Source: an uncultured Chloroflexia bacterium (GTDB lineage: Bacteria; Chloroflexota; Limnocylindria; Limnocylindrales; CSP1-4). From it: 64,000 nucleotides of DNA. Under the pieces are notes generated by a model. It did no database searches, was not told the DNA's origin, and saw only the letters and a program-made list of their open reading frames with translations. Below are positions 29,181 to 38,415 of this stretch, one piece after another. Position numbers and translations under genes: made by a program. The first letter of the stretch is position 1. Every line of letters begins with the position of its first letter. The stretch spans positions 262,021-326,020 of the forward strand of contig CAVPPQ010000020.1 in the NCBI GenBank assembly GCA_963707395.1, written 5' to 3'.

Positions 29181-29578
29181 GTGTCTTCGTCGATACCTCG
29201 GCCCTCTACGCGCTCCTCGACGCGGACGACGCGAGCCACGCGGCTGCCCGGCGGACGTTCGAGGGTCTCCGGGGCGGCGTGCTGACGACTCACGCCTATG
29301 TGGTCGTGGAGTCGCTGGCGCTGGTCTCGCGGCGCCTCGGTCGAGCGGCCGCCCTGCACCTGATGGATGGCCTGCTGCCGGTCATCGACGTCCTGCCCGT
29401 CGATGCCGCACTCCACGCCCTGGCCATGACTGCCTATCGGGAGTCGAGCGACATTCGCCTCAGCTTCGTCGACCGGACCAGCTTCGCGTTCATGCGCCTC
29501 CATGGCATCGAGACCGCCTTCGCCTTCGATGCGGACTTCGCCCGTGCAGGGCTGTTGACCATCCCGGGCGAGGCCTGA
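29177..29578 (+). CDS. vapC: PIN-domain ribonuclease toxin VapC
   Basis: [24 protein letters not shown]...[15 protein letters not shown]...[26 protein letters not shown] supplies the conserved PIN acidic residues. Confidence 0.85.
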   Translation: MSVFVDTSALYALLDADDASHAAARRTFEGLRGGVLTTHAYVVVESLALVSRRLGRAAALHLMDGLLPVIDVLPVDAALHALAMTAYRESSDIRLSFVDRTSFAFMRLHGIETAFAFDADFARAGLLTIPGEA

Positions 29579-29584
29579 TCCCCG

Positions 29585-30766
29585 TCAGTCGGCCGTGCCG
29601 GCCCCTGCATGGTCCGCGACCCCGGCGGCCGCGAACCGGGGATTGGTCTCCGCCGACCGGACGCGAGGCACGACGGCAGCCACCACGACCGAGGCCACGG
29701 CGAAGAGTCCCATGGCCATCGAGATGCCAGCCGAGTCCGAGGTCAGGCCGATGAGCGGCGGCCCGACCATGAAGGTCAGGGTCAGGAACGTGAAGGCTGC
29801 CGATAGCGACGGCCCGGCGGGCCTGATGCGCGCGGCCGCGCCGAAGAGCTGCGGGATGGCGTTGGCGACACCGATCCCAGCGACCACCATGCCCACGAGG
29901 GCCACGACCGCGCTGCCCACCACCAGGAAGGCCGTGATGGCCGCCGCGGTCAGGAGCATGCCCCACTGGATGAGGCGGATGGAGCCGACGCGGTCCTTGA
30001 CCCAGTCGCCGCCGACGCGCCCGAGGAAGAGCCCCAGCGAAAGCGCCGCGTAGGCGAAGGCCGCCACCTCGCCGGAGGTGCCGATGCCCTGCCGCAGGTA
30101 GATGCCGCCCCAGTCGGTCAGCCCGCCCTCCACGAAGGCGAGCAGGATGATGAGCAGGCAGATGGGCAGCACCGCCCGCGCAGGGAGGTGGATGCCGCTG
30201 GCGCCCTCCGTGCGCAGGGAGCCCTGCCCCAACGACCGTCCCGCGACCAGCACCACCAGCCACAGCAGCAGGCTGGCCAGCAGCGCCTCGACGACCACGT
30301 CCACGCCCAGGGACACGGCCACGCCCACGCCCACCGCGCCGATGATGCCGCCCAACGACCAGCCCGCGTGGAGGCCGGAGAAGATGGACGTGCCGCCCTG
30401 CGTCTCAAGGGCCACGCCGTGCGCGTTCATGGAGACGTCCATGGCCGTGTTGAACGCGCCGAAGACGATCATGACGCCGGCCAGGACCAGGGGGTCGGGG
30501 GCCAGCATGGGCAGCACCGTGAGCAGCGGGAAGACCAGCCCGGCCGCCATGACCATGCGGCGGCTGGAAACGCGCACGAGCAGCTGGCCGGTGACCTGCT
30601 GGGAGATGAGAGCGCCGAGCGCGGCGCAGAAGAGGACCAGGCCCATCTCCGTCGCGGTGGCCCCAAGGTCCGTCTTGATGCCCGGGATGGCAGCCACCCA
30701 GGTGCCCACCACGGCGCCGTTGACGACGAAGACGAGGAAGGTGGCGAGGCGCGGCGACATCGTCAT
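29585..30766 (-). CDS. MFS transporter (12 TM)
   Basis: 393 aa; MSPRLATFLVFVVNGAVVGTWVAAIPGIKTDLGATATEMGLVLF...; paralog of the next gene. Confidence 0.85.
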   Translation of the reverse strand: MTMSPRLATFLVFVVNGAVVGTWVAAIPGIKTDLGATATEMGLVLFCAALGALISQQVTGQLLVRVSSRRMVMAAGLVFPLLTVLPMLAPDPLVLAGVMIVFGAFNTAMDVSMNAHGVALETQGGTSIFSGLHAGWSLGGIIGAVGVGVAVSLGVDVVVEALLASLLLWLVVLVAGRSLGQGSLRTEGASGIHLPARAVLPICLLIILLAFVEGGLTDWGGIYLRQGIGTSGEVAAFAYAALSLGLFLGRVGGDWVKDRVGSIRLIQWGMLLTAAAITAFLVVGSAVVALVGMVVAGIGVANAIPQLFGAAARIRPAGPSLSAAFTFLTLTFMVGPPLIGLTSDSAGISMAMGLFAVASVVVAAVVPRVRSAETNPRFAAAGVADHAGAGTAD

Positions 30767-30775
30767 CGCGGGCCC

Positions 30776-31936
30776 CTAGACCAACGGCTCCGTGGCCACG
30801 GGCGGGGCGAAGCGCGCGTTGGTCTCGATGGAGGGCACGCGTCCGACCCCGACGGCGATGAGCAGGACGGCCACGACCGGGAGCCACATCGCGACCCGGA
30901 TGCCGACCGCATCCGAGACGACGCCCATGATGGCCGGCTCGACCATGAAGGTCAGCGTGGAGAAGGCGAAGACGGCCGAGAGCGAGGGGCCCACGGGTCT
31001 GATGCGCCCGGCCGCGCCATACATCTGCGGGTAATTGTTGGCCAGGCCGATGCCGGTGATGGTCATGCCGATGAGGGCCAGGTAGGGGTTGCCGACGACG
31101 AGGAACGTGGTCATGGCGACGGCCGCCACGAGCGTGCCGGCCTGCATGAGGCGCACCGACCCGACGCGGTCCTTGAGCGCGTCGCCCGTCGAACGGCCCA
31201 ACAGCAGGCCCAGGGAGTACGCGGCGAAGGCGAAGGCCGCCAGCTGCGCGCTCGCGCCCAGGCCCTGCCGCAGGTAGACGCCGCCCCAATCGCCCATGCC
31301 GCCCGCGGCGAAGGCCACGGGGATGATGAGGAGGGCGAGAGGCAGTGCTCGCCGCGAGGGCAGGTGGATGCCGCTGGCGCCCTCCGTGCGCCGCGAACCG
31401 GTGCCGATGCGCCGGATGACGAGCGCGACCACGAGCCAGAGGATCGCACCGATCACGACAGCCTCCAGGGCGCCGTCGACCCCGAAGCTGGTGGCCAGGG
31501 CCACGGCCATGGCGCCGCCGAAGGCACCCAGCGACCAGCCCGCGTGCAGGGTGGAGACGATCGAGCGTCCATCCTTGGTCTCGATGGCCACGCCGTGCGC
31601 GTTCATGGAGAGATCCATGGTGGCGTTGACGTAGCCGAAGGCGAACATGACGGCCGCCAGGATGAGGGGCTCCGGAGCCAGTCGGAAGAGGGGCACCATG
31701 AGGGGAAAGAGCAGCGCGCCCACCATGGCGATGCGCCGGCTGGAGTAGCGCACCAGGAGCTGTCCCGTCACCTGCTGGCCGATGAGCGACCCCAGGGCCG
31801 CGACGAGCAGCACGAGGCCGAGCTCCGTGGCGGACATGCCCAGCCGGGCCTGCACGCCGGGGATGGATGACACCCAGGTGCCCAGCACGACGCCGTTCAC
31901 GAAGAAGATGACGAGGGTGGCGAGCCGCGGGGTCAT
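30776..31936 (-). CDS. MFS transporter (12 TM), tandem paralog
   Basis: MTPRLATLVIFFVNGVVLGTWVSSIPGVQARLGMSATELGLVLL... is about 55-60% identical to the preceding MFS gene. Confidence 0.85.
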   Translation of the reverse strand: MTPRLATLVIFFVNGVVLGTWVSSIPGVQARLGMSATELGLVLLVAALGSLIGQQVTGQLLVRYSSRRIAMVGALLFPLMVPLFRLAPEPLILAAVMFAFGYVNATMDLSMNAHGVAIETKDGRSIVSTLHAGWSLGAFGGAMAVALATSFGVDGALEAVVIGAILWLVVALVIRRIGTGSRRTEGASGIHLPSRRALPLALLIIPVAFAAGGMGDWGGVYLRQGLGASAQLAAFAFAAYSLGLLLGRSTGDALKDRVGSVRLMQAGTLVAAVAMTTFLVVGNPYLALIGMTITGIGLANNYPQMYGAAGRIRPVGPSLSAVFAFSTLTFMVEPAIMGVVSDAVGIRVAMWLPVVAVLLIAVGVGRVPSIETNARFAPPVATEPLV

Positions 31937-32055
31937 GGACGGTTCCGGGTCGCGGTCAGGGGGCGGTACGACGCCGCGGGCCACGCGCGCCTGCCGCTGG
32001 CCTGCGCCCGACAGCCGCTCGTCTCCGGCTCGGCGTCACGGCCGGCCATCCGGTA

Positions 32056-32523
32056 TCACTTGCCGGCCTTGAAGGGGTAGACGACCCAGGCGTCCGTCTC
32101 CACCACGAAGTGGTCGGGCACGAGGTCGACGCGCGATCGACTGGGCTTGTAGTGCAGGACCGCCGTGATGGGCTGGCCGCCGGCTGCCCGGATGCGCTCG
32201 CTCACGGCGGCGATGGTGGTGCCGGAATCCCAGACCTCGTCGATGATGACGACGCGCTTTCCGCGCAGGAGGTCGTCAGCCGGGAACTGCAGGAACTCCG
32301 CGTGACCGCGGAAGCCCTGCTCGTCGTCGTAGACGACCACGGCTGCCAGCAGCATGTCCCGCCAGCCGAGCCGGTAGCCGAGCATGCCCGCCGGCACGAG
32401 GCCCCCGCGCGAGATCGCCAGCACCACGTCCGGCTGCGGCCCCGCGGTGAGCTGCTCGGCCAGCGCGGCCACGAGGCGCTCCAGATCTTCCCAGCTGACG
32501 ATGTCCTTCGCGGGTTCGGTCAT
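32056..32523 (-). CDS. phosphoribosyltransferase (xanthine/guanine PRTase-like)
   Basis: 155 aa; ...VVLAISRGGLVPAGMLGYRLG...GKRVVIIDEVWDSGTTIAAV is the PRPP-binding motif. Confidence 0.75.
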   Translation of the reverse strand: MTEPAKDIVSWEDLERLVAALAEQLTAGPQPDVVLAISRGGLVPAGMLGYRLGWRDMLLAAVVVYDDEQGFRGHAEFLQFPADDLLRGKRVVIIDEVWDSGTTIAAVSERIRAAGGQPITAVLHYKPSRSRVDLVPDHFVVETDAWVVYPFKAGK

Positions 32524-32659
32524 GCGTTGCAGACTACACGCCGACCGGCAGGTCCGGGCGGCCGATGCCCTACCATGACGAGGTCGCCGGCGACCTCGGC
32601 GCGAGCCCGCCCGCGATGGACCACCCTCCCCCACGACAGCGAACCACGAGGAGCACACC

Positions 32660-33181
32660 ATGGCCTTCGGCCCCATCCAGATCTTCGCCTTCGGCTTCCC
32701 CTCCACGGACCGCTTCGAGGGCCGCATCGCGGAGGAACTCGTCAAGCTCAGCGACGCCGGCATCATCCGCATCATCGATGCCCTGGCCGTCGTGGCCGAC
32801 GGCGACGAGGTGGAGATCCTGCGCGTCTCGGACCTGGACGACGAGCAGCGCGAGGCGCTCGGTGCCCACATCGGCTCGCTGATCGGCCTCGGTGCCGCCG
32901 GCCTGGAGGGCTTCATCGCTGGCGCCGAGGCGGGCGCGGAAGTGGCAGACGAGGGCGGCTTCGGCCTCGTCGAGGACATCACCGAGGACCTCATCGACGA
33001 GCTGCCGGACGGCAGCGCCGGCGTGCTGCTCATCATCGAGCATGCCTGGGCCGTGCCCTTCCGGGATGCGGTCGTGGATGCCGGCGGCATCCTGATGGCC
33101 AACGAATGGATCGGCGCCCAGGATCTCGTGAGCCTGGGCATGGCCATGCGCGACGCGGAGCTGGCCGGAGACGACGACTGA
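32660..33181 (+). CDS. hypothetical acidic protein (DUF-type)
   Basis: 173 aa; MAFGPIQIFAFGFPSTDRFEGRIAEELVKLSDAGIIRIIDALAVV...; protein-like composition, no recognisable catalytic motif. Confidence 0.55.
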   Translation: MAFGPIQIFAFGFPSTDRFEGRIAEELVKLSDAGIIRIIDALAVVADGDEVEILRVSDLDDEQREALGAHIGSLIGLGAAGLEGFIAGAEAGAEVADEGGFGLVEDITEDLIDELPDGSAGVLLIIEHAWAVPFRDAVVDAGGILMANEWIGAQDLVSLGMAMRDAELAGDDD

Positions 33182-33263
33182 CCCACCTGACACTGTCAGG
33201 CCGCTGTCCGACAGGGCGCCCCGCTCATCCGTTGACGGGGCGCCGGTACACTGCGGCGGGGAG

Positions 33264-34115
33264 GTGCTCATGACGTTGAAGTGGGATGGCCGTGAGTGCT
33301 GGGCGCTCGTGCTGGGTGCCAGCAGCGGGTTCGGTGCGGCCACGGCCCGGGCCTGGGCGCGCGCCGGGTTCAGCATCATCGGGGTCCACCTCGACCTGCG
33401 CAGCTCCATCGCCGCTGCCGACGCGGTCCGCGAGGACATCGAGGCGATGGGCGTGCCCGTCGTCTTCCACAACGTGAACGCCGCGGACGACCAGAAGCGT
33501 GCCGCCGTGGTGTCCGCCATCGGTGAGCTCTTCGCGGAGCGCCGGTCGGCAGGCGAGACGCCCTTCATCGGCGCCATGCTGCACTCGCTCGCCTTCGGTA
33601 CCACGCTCCACTACGTCACCGACGACCCCGGCCGCAAGGAGCTCTCCCGAAAACAGATGGAGATGACGGCTGACGTCATGGCCCACTCGCTCCTCTACTG
33701 GACGCGGGACCTCTACCACGCCGGCCTGCTGGGTCGGGGCAGCCGGGTCTACGCCATGTCCAGCGAGGGCGCCATCCTGGCCGTGCCCACCTACGGCGCC
33801 GTGAGCGCCGCCAAGGCCGCGCTGGAAGCGCACGTCCGCCAGCTGGCCCTGGAGCTGGCGCATGCCGGCATCACCGTCAACGCCATCCGCGCCGGTGTCA
33901 CGGACACGCCCGCCCTGCGCCGCATCCCGGGATGGCAACAGCTCGTCGAAGCCGCGATGACACGCAACCCGCACGGCCGGCTGGGCCGCCCGGAGGATGT
34001 CGCCGATGCGCTGGTGGCCCTGGCCAGCCCGCAGACCCGCTGGATGACCGGCAACGTCATCGGCATCGATGGGGGCGAGATCATGGGCTCCCGGGAATCG
34101 GCGGACATCCCCTGA
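33264..34115 (+). CDS. SDR-family oxidoreductase (enoyl-ACP reductase-like)
   Basis: ALVLGASSGFGAATARAWARAG Rossmann motif; MSSEGAILAVPTYGAVSAAKAALEAHVRQLALELA supplies the S-Y-K catalytic triad region. Confidence 0.8.
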   Translation: MLMTLKWDGRECWALVLGASSGFGAATARAWARAGFSIIGVHLDLRSSIAAADAVREDIEAMGVPVVFHNVNAADDQKRAAVVSAIGELFAERRSAGETPFIGAMLHSLAFGTTLHYVTDDPGRKELSRKQMEMTADVMAHSLLYWTRDLYHAGLLGRGSRVYAMSSEGAILAVPTYGAVSAAKAALEAHVRQLALELAHAGITVNAIRAGVTDTPALRRIPGWQQLVEAAMTRNPHGRLGRPEDVADALVALASPQTRWMTGNVIGIDGGEIMGSRESADIP

Positions 34116-34132
34116 CCGACCGTCGCAGGGTC

Positions 34133-36910
34133 ATGACCAACCCCGCCGTCCGTGCCGAGCCGGCCGGGATCGGATCCTCGCGAGCCCGTGACCCACTCTC
34201 GCGTGAGGTCAAGCTGCTCGGCTCGCTGCTGGGCCAGGTCATCGCCGAGCAGGCCGGCGATGAGCTGCTGCACCTCGTCGAGCGGGTGCGGCGCCTGACG
34301 ATCGAGATCCGCAGCACGGGCGGCCTGAGCCGGCAGCGTTGCCTGCGTGACATCCTCGAGGGGCTGTCCGACGACCAGGTCGAGGACCTCGTCAAGGCCT
34401 TCAGCCTCTACTTCCACCTGACCAACCTGGCCGAGGAGAAGCAGCGTGTGCGACGCGTGCGCAAGCGCGCCCGGACGGTCAGCGCCGGTGGCCCGGACGG
34501 CTCCGTCCAGGAAGCCGTGCGCCGACTCCTGCGCGAGGACACGCCGCAGCGCACCCAGGCGCTCATCGGCGACCTCTCGGTCGGTCTCGTGCTCACGGCG
34601 CACCCCACGGAGGCGCGGCGACGCACGATGCTCGTGGCCCTGAGACGCGTCTTCGCCCTCCTCGACCGGCTCGACGACCAGCGCATCACCCCCGATGAGG
34701 ACGCCGAGATCCGCCGCCGGCTTCGCGAGGAGATCTCGCTGCTGTGGCGCACCTCCGCCCTGCGCATGGAGCGTCCGTCGCCGCTGGACGAGGTCCGCAA
34801 CGCACTCCTCTTCTTCGACGAATCGCTCTTCGTGGTCACACCGCGCCTCTATCGGGCGCTCGACCGAGCCTTGGACCGCGCACCGTGGATCGCAGACGAG
34901 CACGCCGGCGCGATCCGTGGCGCCGCTGCCACCGACAGCGGCCGCACGGGGACTCGCCCTCCGGCCACGCACGCCTTCCTGCGCTGGGGCTCCTGGGTCG
35001 GCTCTGACCGCGACGGACACCCGCGCGTGACGGCCGACACCACCCGCCAGGCGGCTGCCATCGGCGCCGACCATGTGCTGCGTGGATTGGAGGCCGTGAC
35101 CACGCGCCTCATGCACACGGTGGCTCCGACCCATCTCGACAGCGACCTCGAGCCGCACCTGGCCGCACGGCTGGAGCAGGACCGGCGCGACCTGGGGGCC
35201 GTCTACGAGGAGCTCACCCGCCACTTCCCCAACGAGCCCTATCGCCGCCGCCTGGGCTCCATGGCCGAGCGCCTGCGGCAGACTCGCCATCACCTCGTGG
35301 ACGGGCGCGGGCCAGGGGCGGGCTATGGCTCGCCCGCGGAGCTGCTCGTGGAGGTGGGGGAGCTGCAAGCGTCGCTCGTGACCGACCACATGGAGCGCGT
35401 CGCCTACGGGGAGGTCCAGGGCCTGCGCTGGCAGGTGGAGACCTTCGGCTTCCACGCCCTGTCTTTGGAGGTTCGTCAGCACAGCGAGGTCCACGCCGCG
35501 ACGCTCGCCGCGCTGGCCGCGGAGCAGGACCTGGAGGCCACCCAGGCGACCGACGGTGTGACCGCCGCCGAGGTGCTCGAGACGTTCCGTGCCATCGCGG
35601 ACATCCAGGCGCGCTTCGGCCCGGAGGCCTGCCAGCGCTATGTCATCAGCTTCACGCGCGGCCCGCAGGACGTCTTCGACGTGCTGGCCCTGGCGGATCG
35701 GGCCGGGCTCGCGCAGGCGACCTTCGACGTCGTGCCGCTCCTCGAATCGGCGGATGCGCTGGAAGGCGCCGAACACCTGCTCGACGCGCTCCTGACGAAC
35801 GCGGCCTATCGCGACCACGTCCGTCAACGCGGAGACCACCAGGAGGTCATGCTGGGCTACTCCGATTCCACGAAGGAGTCGGGCGCGCTCGCAGCCGCCT
35901 GGCTGCTCCACGGCGCCGAGTCGCAACTGGCCCGGGTCGCGGAGCGGCACGAGGTACGGCTGACGCTGTTCCACGGGCGTGGCGGAGCCATCGGTCGCGG
36001 CGGTGGGCCGATGAACCGCGCCATCCTGGCCAGCGCACCGCATTCGCTGGGCGGGCACATCAAGATCACCGAGCAGGGCGAGGTCGTGGCTGATCGCTAC
36101 GCCAACCGCGACATCGCGCTGCGGCACCTCGAGCAGCTCACCAACGCCGTGCTCATGGCCTCCTCCAGCGGCCACGAGCGCATGGTGCAGTCCGCGCGAC
36201 AGGGCGCCAACGCCATCATCGAGGAGCTCGCGCATCGGTCGGCGCGGGCGTACCGCTCGCTGGTCTGGGAGGACCCTGCCTTCGAGTCGTTCTACGCGGC
36301 GGCGACGCCCATCGCGGAGCTCTCTGAGCTGACCCTCGGCTCACGGCCGGCAGCGCGCGGGGGCGGGGGCATCTCGCTGCCGAAGCTGCGCGCCATCCCC
36401 TGGGTCTTCTCGTGGGCCCAGGCGCGGGCCTTCCTGCCGGCCTGGTACGGCCTGGGCACGGTCGTGGAGGCCTACGAGGCCGACCACGGTCCAGGCGCCA
36501 CCGGGCAGCTGCAGGCGCTCTACCGCGACATGCCCTTCTTCACGGGCGTCATCGACGTCGTGGAGATGGCCCTGGCCAAGGTGGACATGGCCGTGGCCGG
36601 CCTCTACGCCAGCCTGGCTGCCACGCCCGATGGGGAGCGCATCTGGGCCACCATCCGCACGGAGTACGAGCGTTCCGTCGCCGCCGTGCTGCGCATCACC
36701 GGGCGCACGAACCTGCTGGATGCCGCTCCGTCGTTGCAGCGCTCCATCCAGCTGCGCAACCCCTACGTCGACTCACTGTCGGAGATCCAGGTCATGCTCC
36801 TGGGTCGGCTGCGCGCCATGGGTCCGGACGACCCGGCCCGCCCGCGCCTGCGTCGACTCGTGCAGCTGACCGTGAGCGGTGTCGCCGCAGGGCTGCAGAA
36901 CACCGGGTAG
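34133..36910 (+). CDS. ppc: phosphoenolpyruvate carboxylase
   Basis: 925 aa; VLTAHPTEARRRT motif, ...FHGRGGAIGRGGGP..., C-terminal ...LQNTG; RBS-like upstream. Confidence 0.95.
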   Translation: MTNPAVRAEPAGIGSSRARDPLSREVKLLGSLLGQVIAEQAGDELLHLVERVRRLTIEIRSTGGLSRQRCLRDILEGLSDDQVEDLVKAFSLYFHLTNLAEEKQRVRRVRKRARTVSAGGPDGSVQEAVRRLLREDTPQRTQALIGDLSVGLVLTAHPTEARRRTMLVALRRVFALLDRLDDQRITPDEDAEIRRRLREEISLLWRTSALRMERPSPLDEVRNALLFFDESLFVVTPRLYRALDRALDRAPWIADEHAGAIRGAAATDSGRTGTRPPATHAFLRWGSWVGSDRDGHPRVTADTTRQAAAIGADHVLRGLEAVTTRLMHTVAPTHLDSDLEPHLAARLEQDRRDLGAVYEELTRHFPNEPYRRRLGSMAERLRQTRHHLVDGRGPGAGYGSPAELLVEVGELQASLVTDHMERVAYGEVQGLRWQVETFGFHALSLEVRQHSEVHAATLAALAAEQDLEATQATDGVTAAEVLETFRAIADIQARFGPEACQRYVISFTRGPQDVFDVLALADRAGLAQATFDVVPLLESADALEGAEHLLDALLTNAAYRDHVRQRGDHQEVMLGYSDSTKESGALAAAWLLHGAESQLARVAERHEVRLTLFHGRGGAIGRGGGPMNRAILASAPHSLGGHIKITEQGEVVADRYANRDIALRHLEQLTNAVLMASSSGHERMVQSARQGANAIIEELAHRSARAYRSLVWEDPAFESFYAAATPIAELSELTLGSRPAARGGGGISLPKLRAIPWVFSWAQARAFLPAWYGLGTVVEAYEADHGPGATGQLQALYRDMPFFTGVIDVVEMALAKVDMAVAGLYASLAATPDGERIWATIRTEYERSVAAVLRITGRTNLLDAAPSLQRSIQLRNPYVDSLSEIQVMLLGRLRAMGPDDPARPRLRRLVQLTVSGVAAGLQNTG

Positions 36911-37164
36911 TCGCCCACGGGGTCGCCCCGCGGCTTCAGTGCCAGATGTCCAGCGTCGCGAGCCTTCGCCACTCGACGCTTTGGAGCGGCACCCATGCCC
37001 CCGGATGACTCGATCATGCCCGTAGTCGACTCGCAGGCTGGGGGACGTCCCCCGGCTGACGCCCGGCCAGCTCTCTGCCGCCGCACCGGCACCCCGCCCG
37101 GCTCGACGACCTGCCGAACGGACCGCTCTAAGCTGACCTCCGCGACGGCCCGGGGAGCCCCCAG

Positions 37165-38415
37165 ATGGCTAGACTCGGCGGTGTGATCAGCCCGACCCTG
37201 AGCGGTCGTCTCCCGGTGGAGGAGCGACCCGCCTTCAACACCCACGTCCACCTGCCGCCCAACTTCTCGGCCTTCGAGACCGTCGAGGACGCCGTGGCCA
37301 CCGCGGCCCGCGAGGGCGCCCGCGTCATCGGCTCCTCCAACTTCCACGACTTCGGTGTCTACGACCGCTTCGCCGCCGCCGCGAAGGCGCACGGCGTAGC
37401 CGCCCTCTTCGGCCTGGAGTTCATCTCCGTCCTGGCGGAGGAGCAGCGCCGTGGCGTCAAGATCAACGACCCCGCCAACCCCGGCCGCGCCTACATCTGC
37501 GGCAAGGGCATCCCGGCACCCACCGCCCCCAGCGTCCAGACCCGCCAGTTCATGGACACCGCCAAGGCCTCCAACGAGGCGCGCACGCGCCAGATGGTGG
37601 ACGTCATCGGCAGCATCTTCAGGGCAGCCGGTCTGGCGCTCGAGGTCGGCTACGAATCGATCCTGGCGGACGTGGCCGCGCGCGCCCAGGTCCCGGAGGC
37701 GTGGGTCGTGCTGCAGGAGCGCCACGTGGCCCTGGGCTTCCAGCTGGGCCTCTTCGCGCAGGTCCCGGTCGAGCGCCGCGCCGCGCTGCTCGAGAAGGTC
37801 TACGGCAAGCCCCCCACGGCCTCCCCGGACGACGCCGTCGCGACCCAGGGCGAGCTGCGCTCCCGGCTCATGAAGGCCGGCTGCCCGGCCTTCGTGGAGG
37901 AGACGCCCATCCCCTTCACGGAGGGCCTCGCCTTCGTGCTCGGCCTGGACGCCATCCCGGTGTATCCCACGCTGGCTGATGGCGTCATCCCCATCTGCGG
38001 CTTCGAGGACCCGGTGGAGGATCTCATCGAGCGCATCCTGGGCTACGGCATCCACGGCGCGGAGCTCATCCCCATCCGCAACACGCCGGCGGTCGTTGAG
38101 CGCTACATCCGCGCCTGGCGCGACGCCGGCATCTTCGCCATGGTGGGCACGGAGCACAACACCCAGGAGCGCATCCCGGTCGGCCCCACCTGCCTGCAGG
38201 GCGTGCCGCTCTCCACGGAGGTCCTGGACATCTGCTGGGAGGGCACCTGCATCGTGGCCGCCCACCAGCACCTGCGCGCCGCGGGCGAGCCCGGCTACGT
38301 CGACCGCCAGGGCGCCCTGAACCCTGGCTTCCCGGATGGCGAGTCCCGCATCCGCTATTTCGCGCAGCTCGGCGAGCACGTGCTCGTCGAGGCCATCTCG
38401 GAGGCATCTCGATGA
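37165..38415 (+). CDS. PHP-domain-like (polymerase/histidinol-phosphatase fold) protein of unknown function
   Basis: 416 aa; NTHVHLPPNFSAFETVEDAVATAAREGARVIGSSNFHDFGVYDRFAAAAKAHGVAALFGLEFI fits the PHP HxH...DH...E metal-ligand pattern. Stop overlaps the start of the aldolase/SDR fusion gene (ATGA). Confidence 0.55.
   Translation: MARLGGVISPTLSGRLPVEERPAFNTHVHLPPNFSAFETVEDAVATAAREGARVIGSSNFHDFGVYDRFAAAAKAHGVAALFGLEFISVLAEEQRRGVKINDPANPGRAYICGKGIPAPTAPSVQTRQFMDTAKASNEARTRQMVDVIGSIFRAAGLALEVGYESILADVAARAQVPEAWVVLQERHVALGFQLGLFAQVPVERRAALLEKVYGKPPTASPDDAVATQGELRSRLMKAGCPAFVEETPIPFTEGLAFVLGLDAIPVYPTLADGVIPICGFEDPVEDLIERILGYGIHGAELIPIRNTPAVVERYIRAWRDAGIFAMVGTEHNTQERIPVGPTCLQGVPLSTEVLDICWEGTCIVAAHQHLRAAGEPGYVDRQGALNPGFPDGESRIRYFAQLGEHVLVEAISEASR

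Noticed and set aside
33791-36235. 814-aa ORF on minus strand
   Set aside because: Entirely antisense to ppc, which has unmistakable PEPC motifs; low-complexity Arg/Gly/Ala sequence.
36763-38379. 538-aa ORF on minus strand
   Set aside because: Antisense to the PHP-domain gene; Ala/Gly/Arg/Asp-dominated composition typical of GC-rich antisense frames; no motif.
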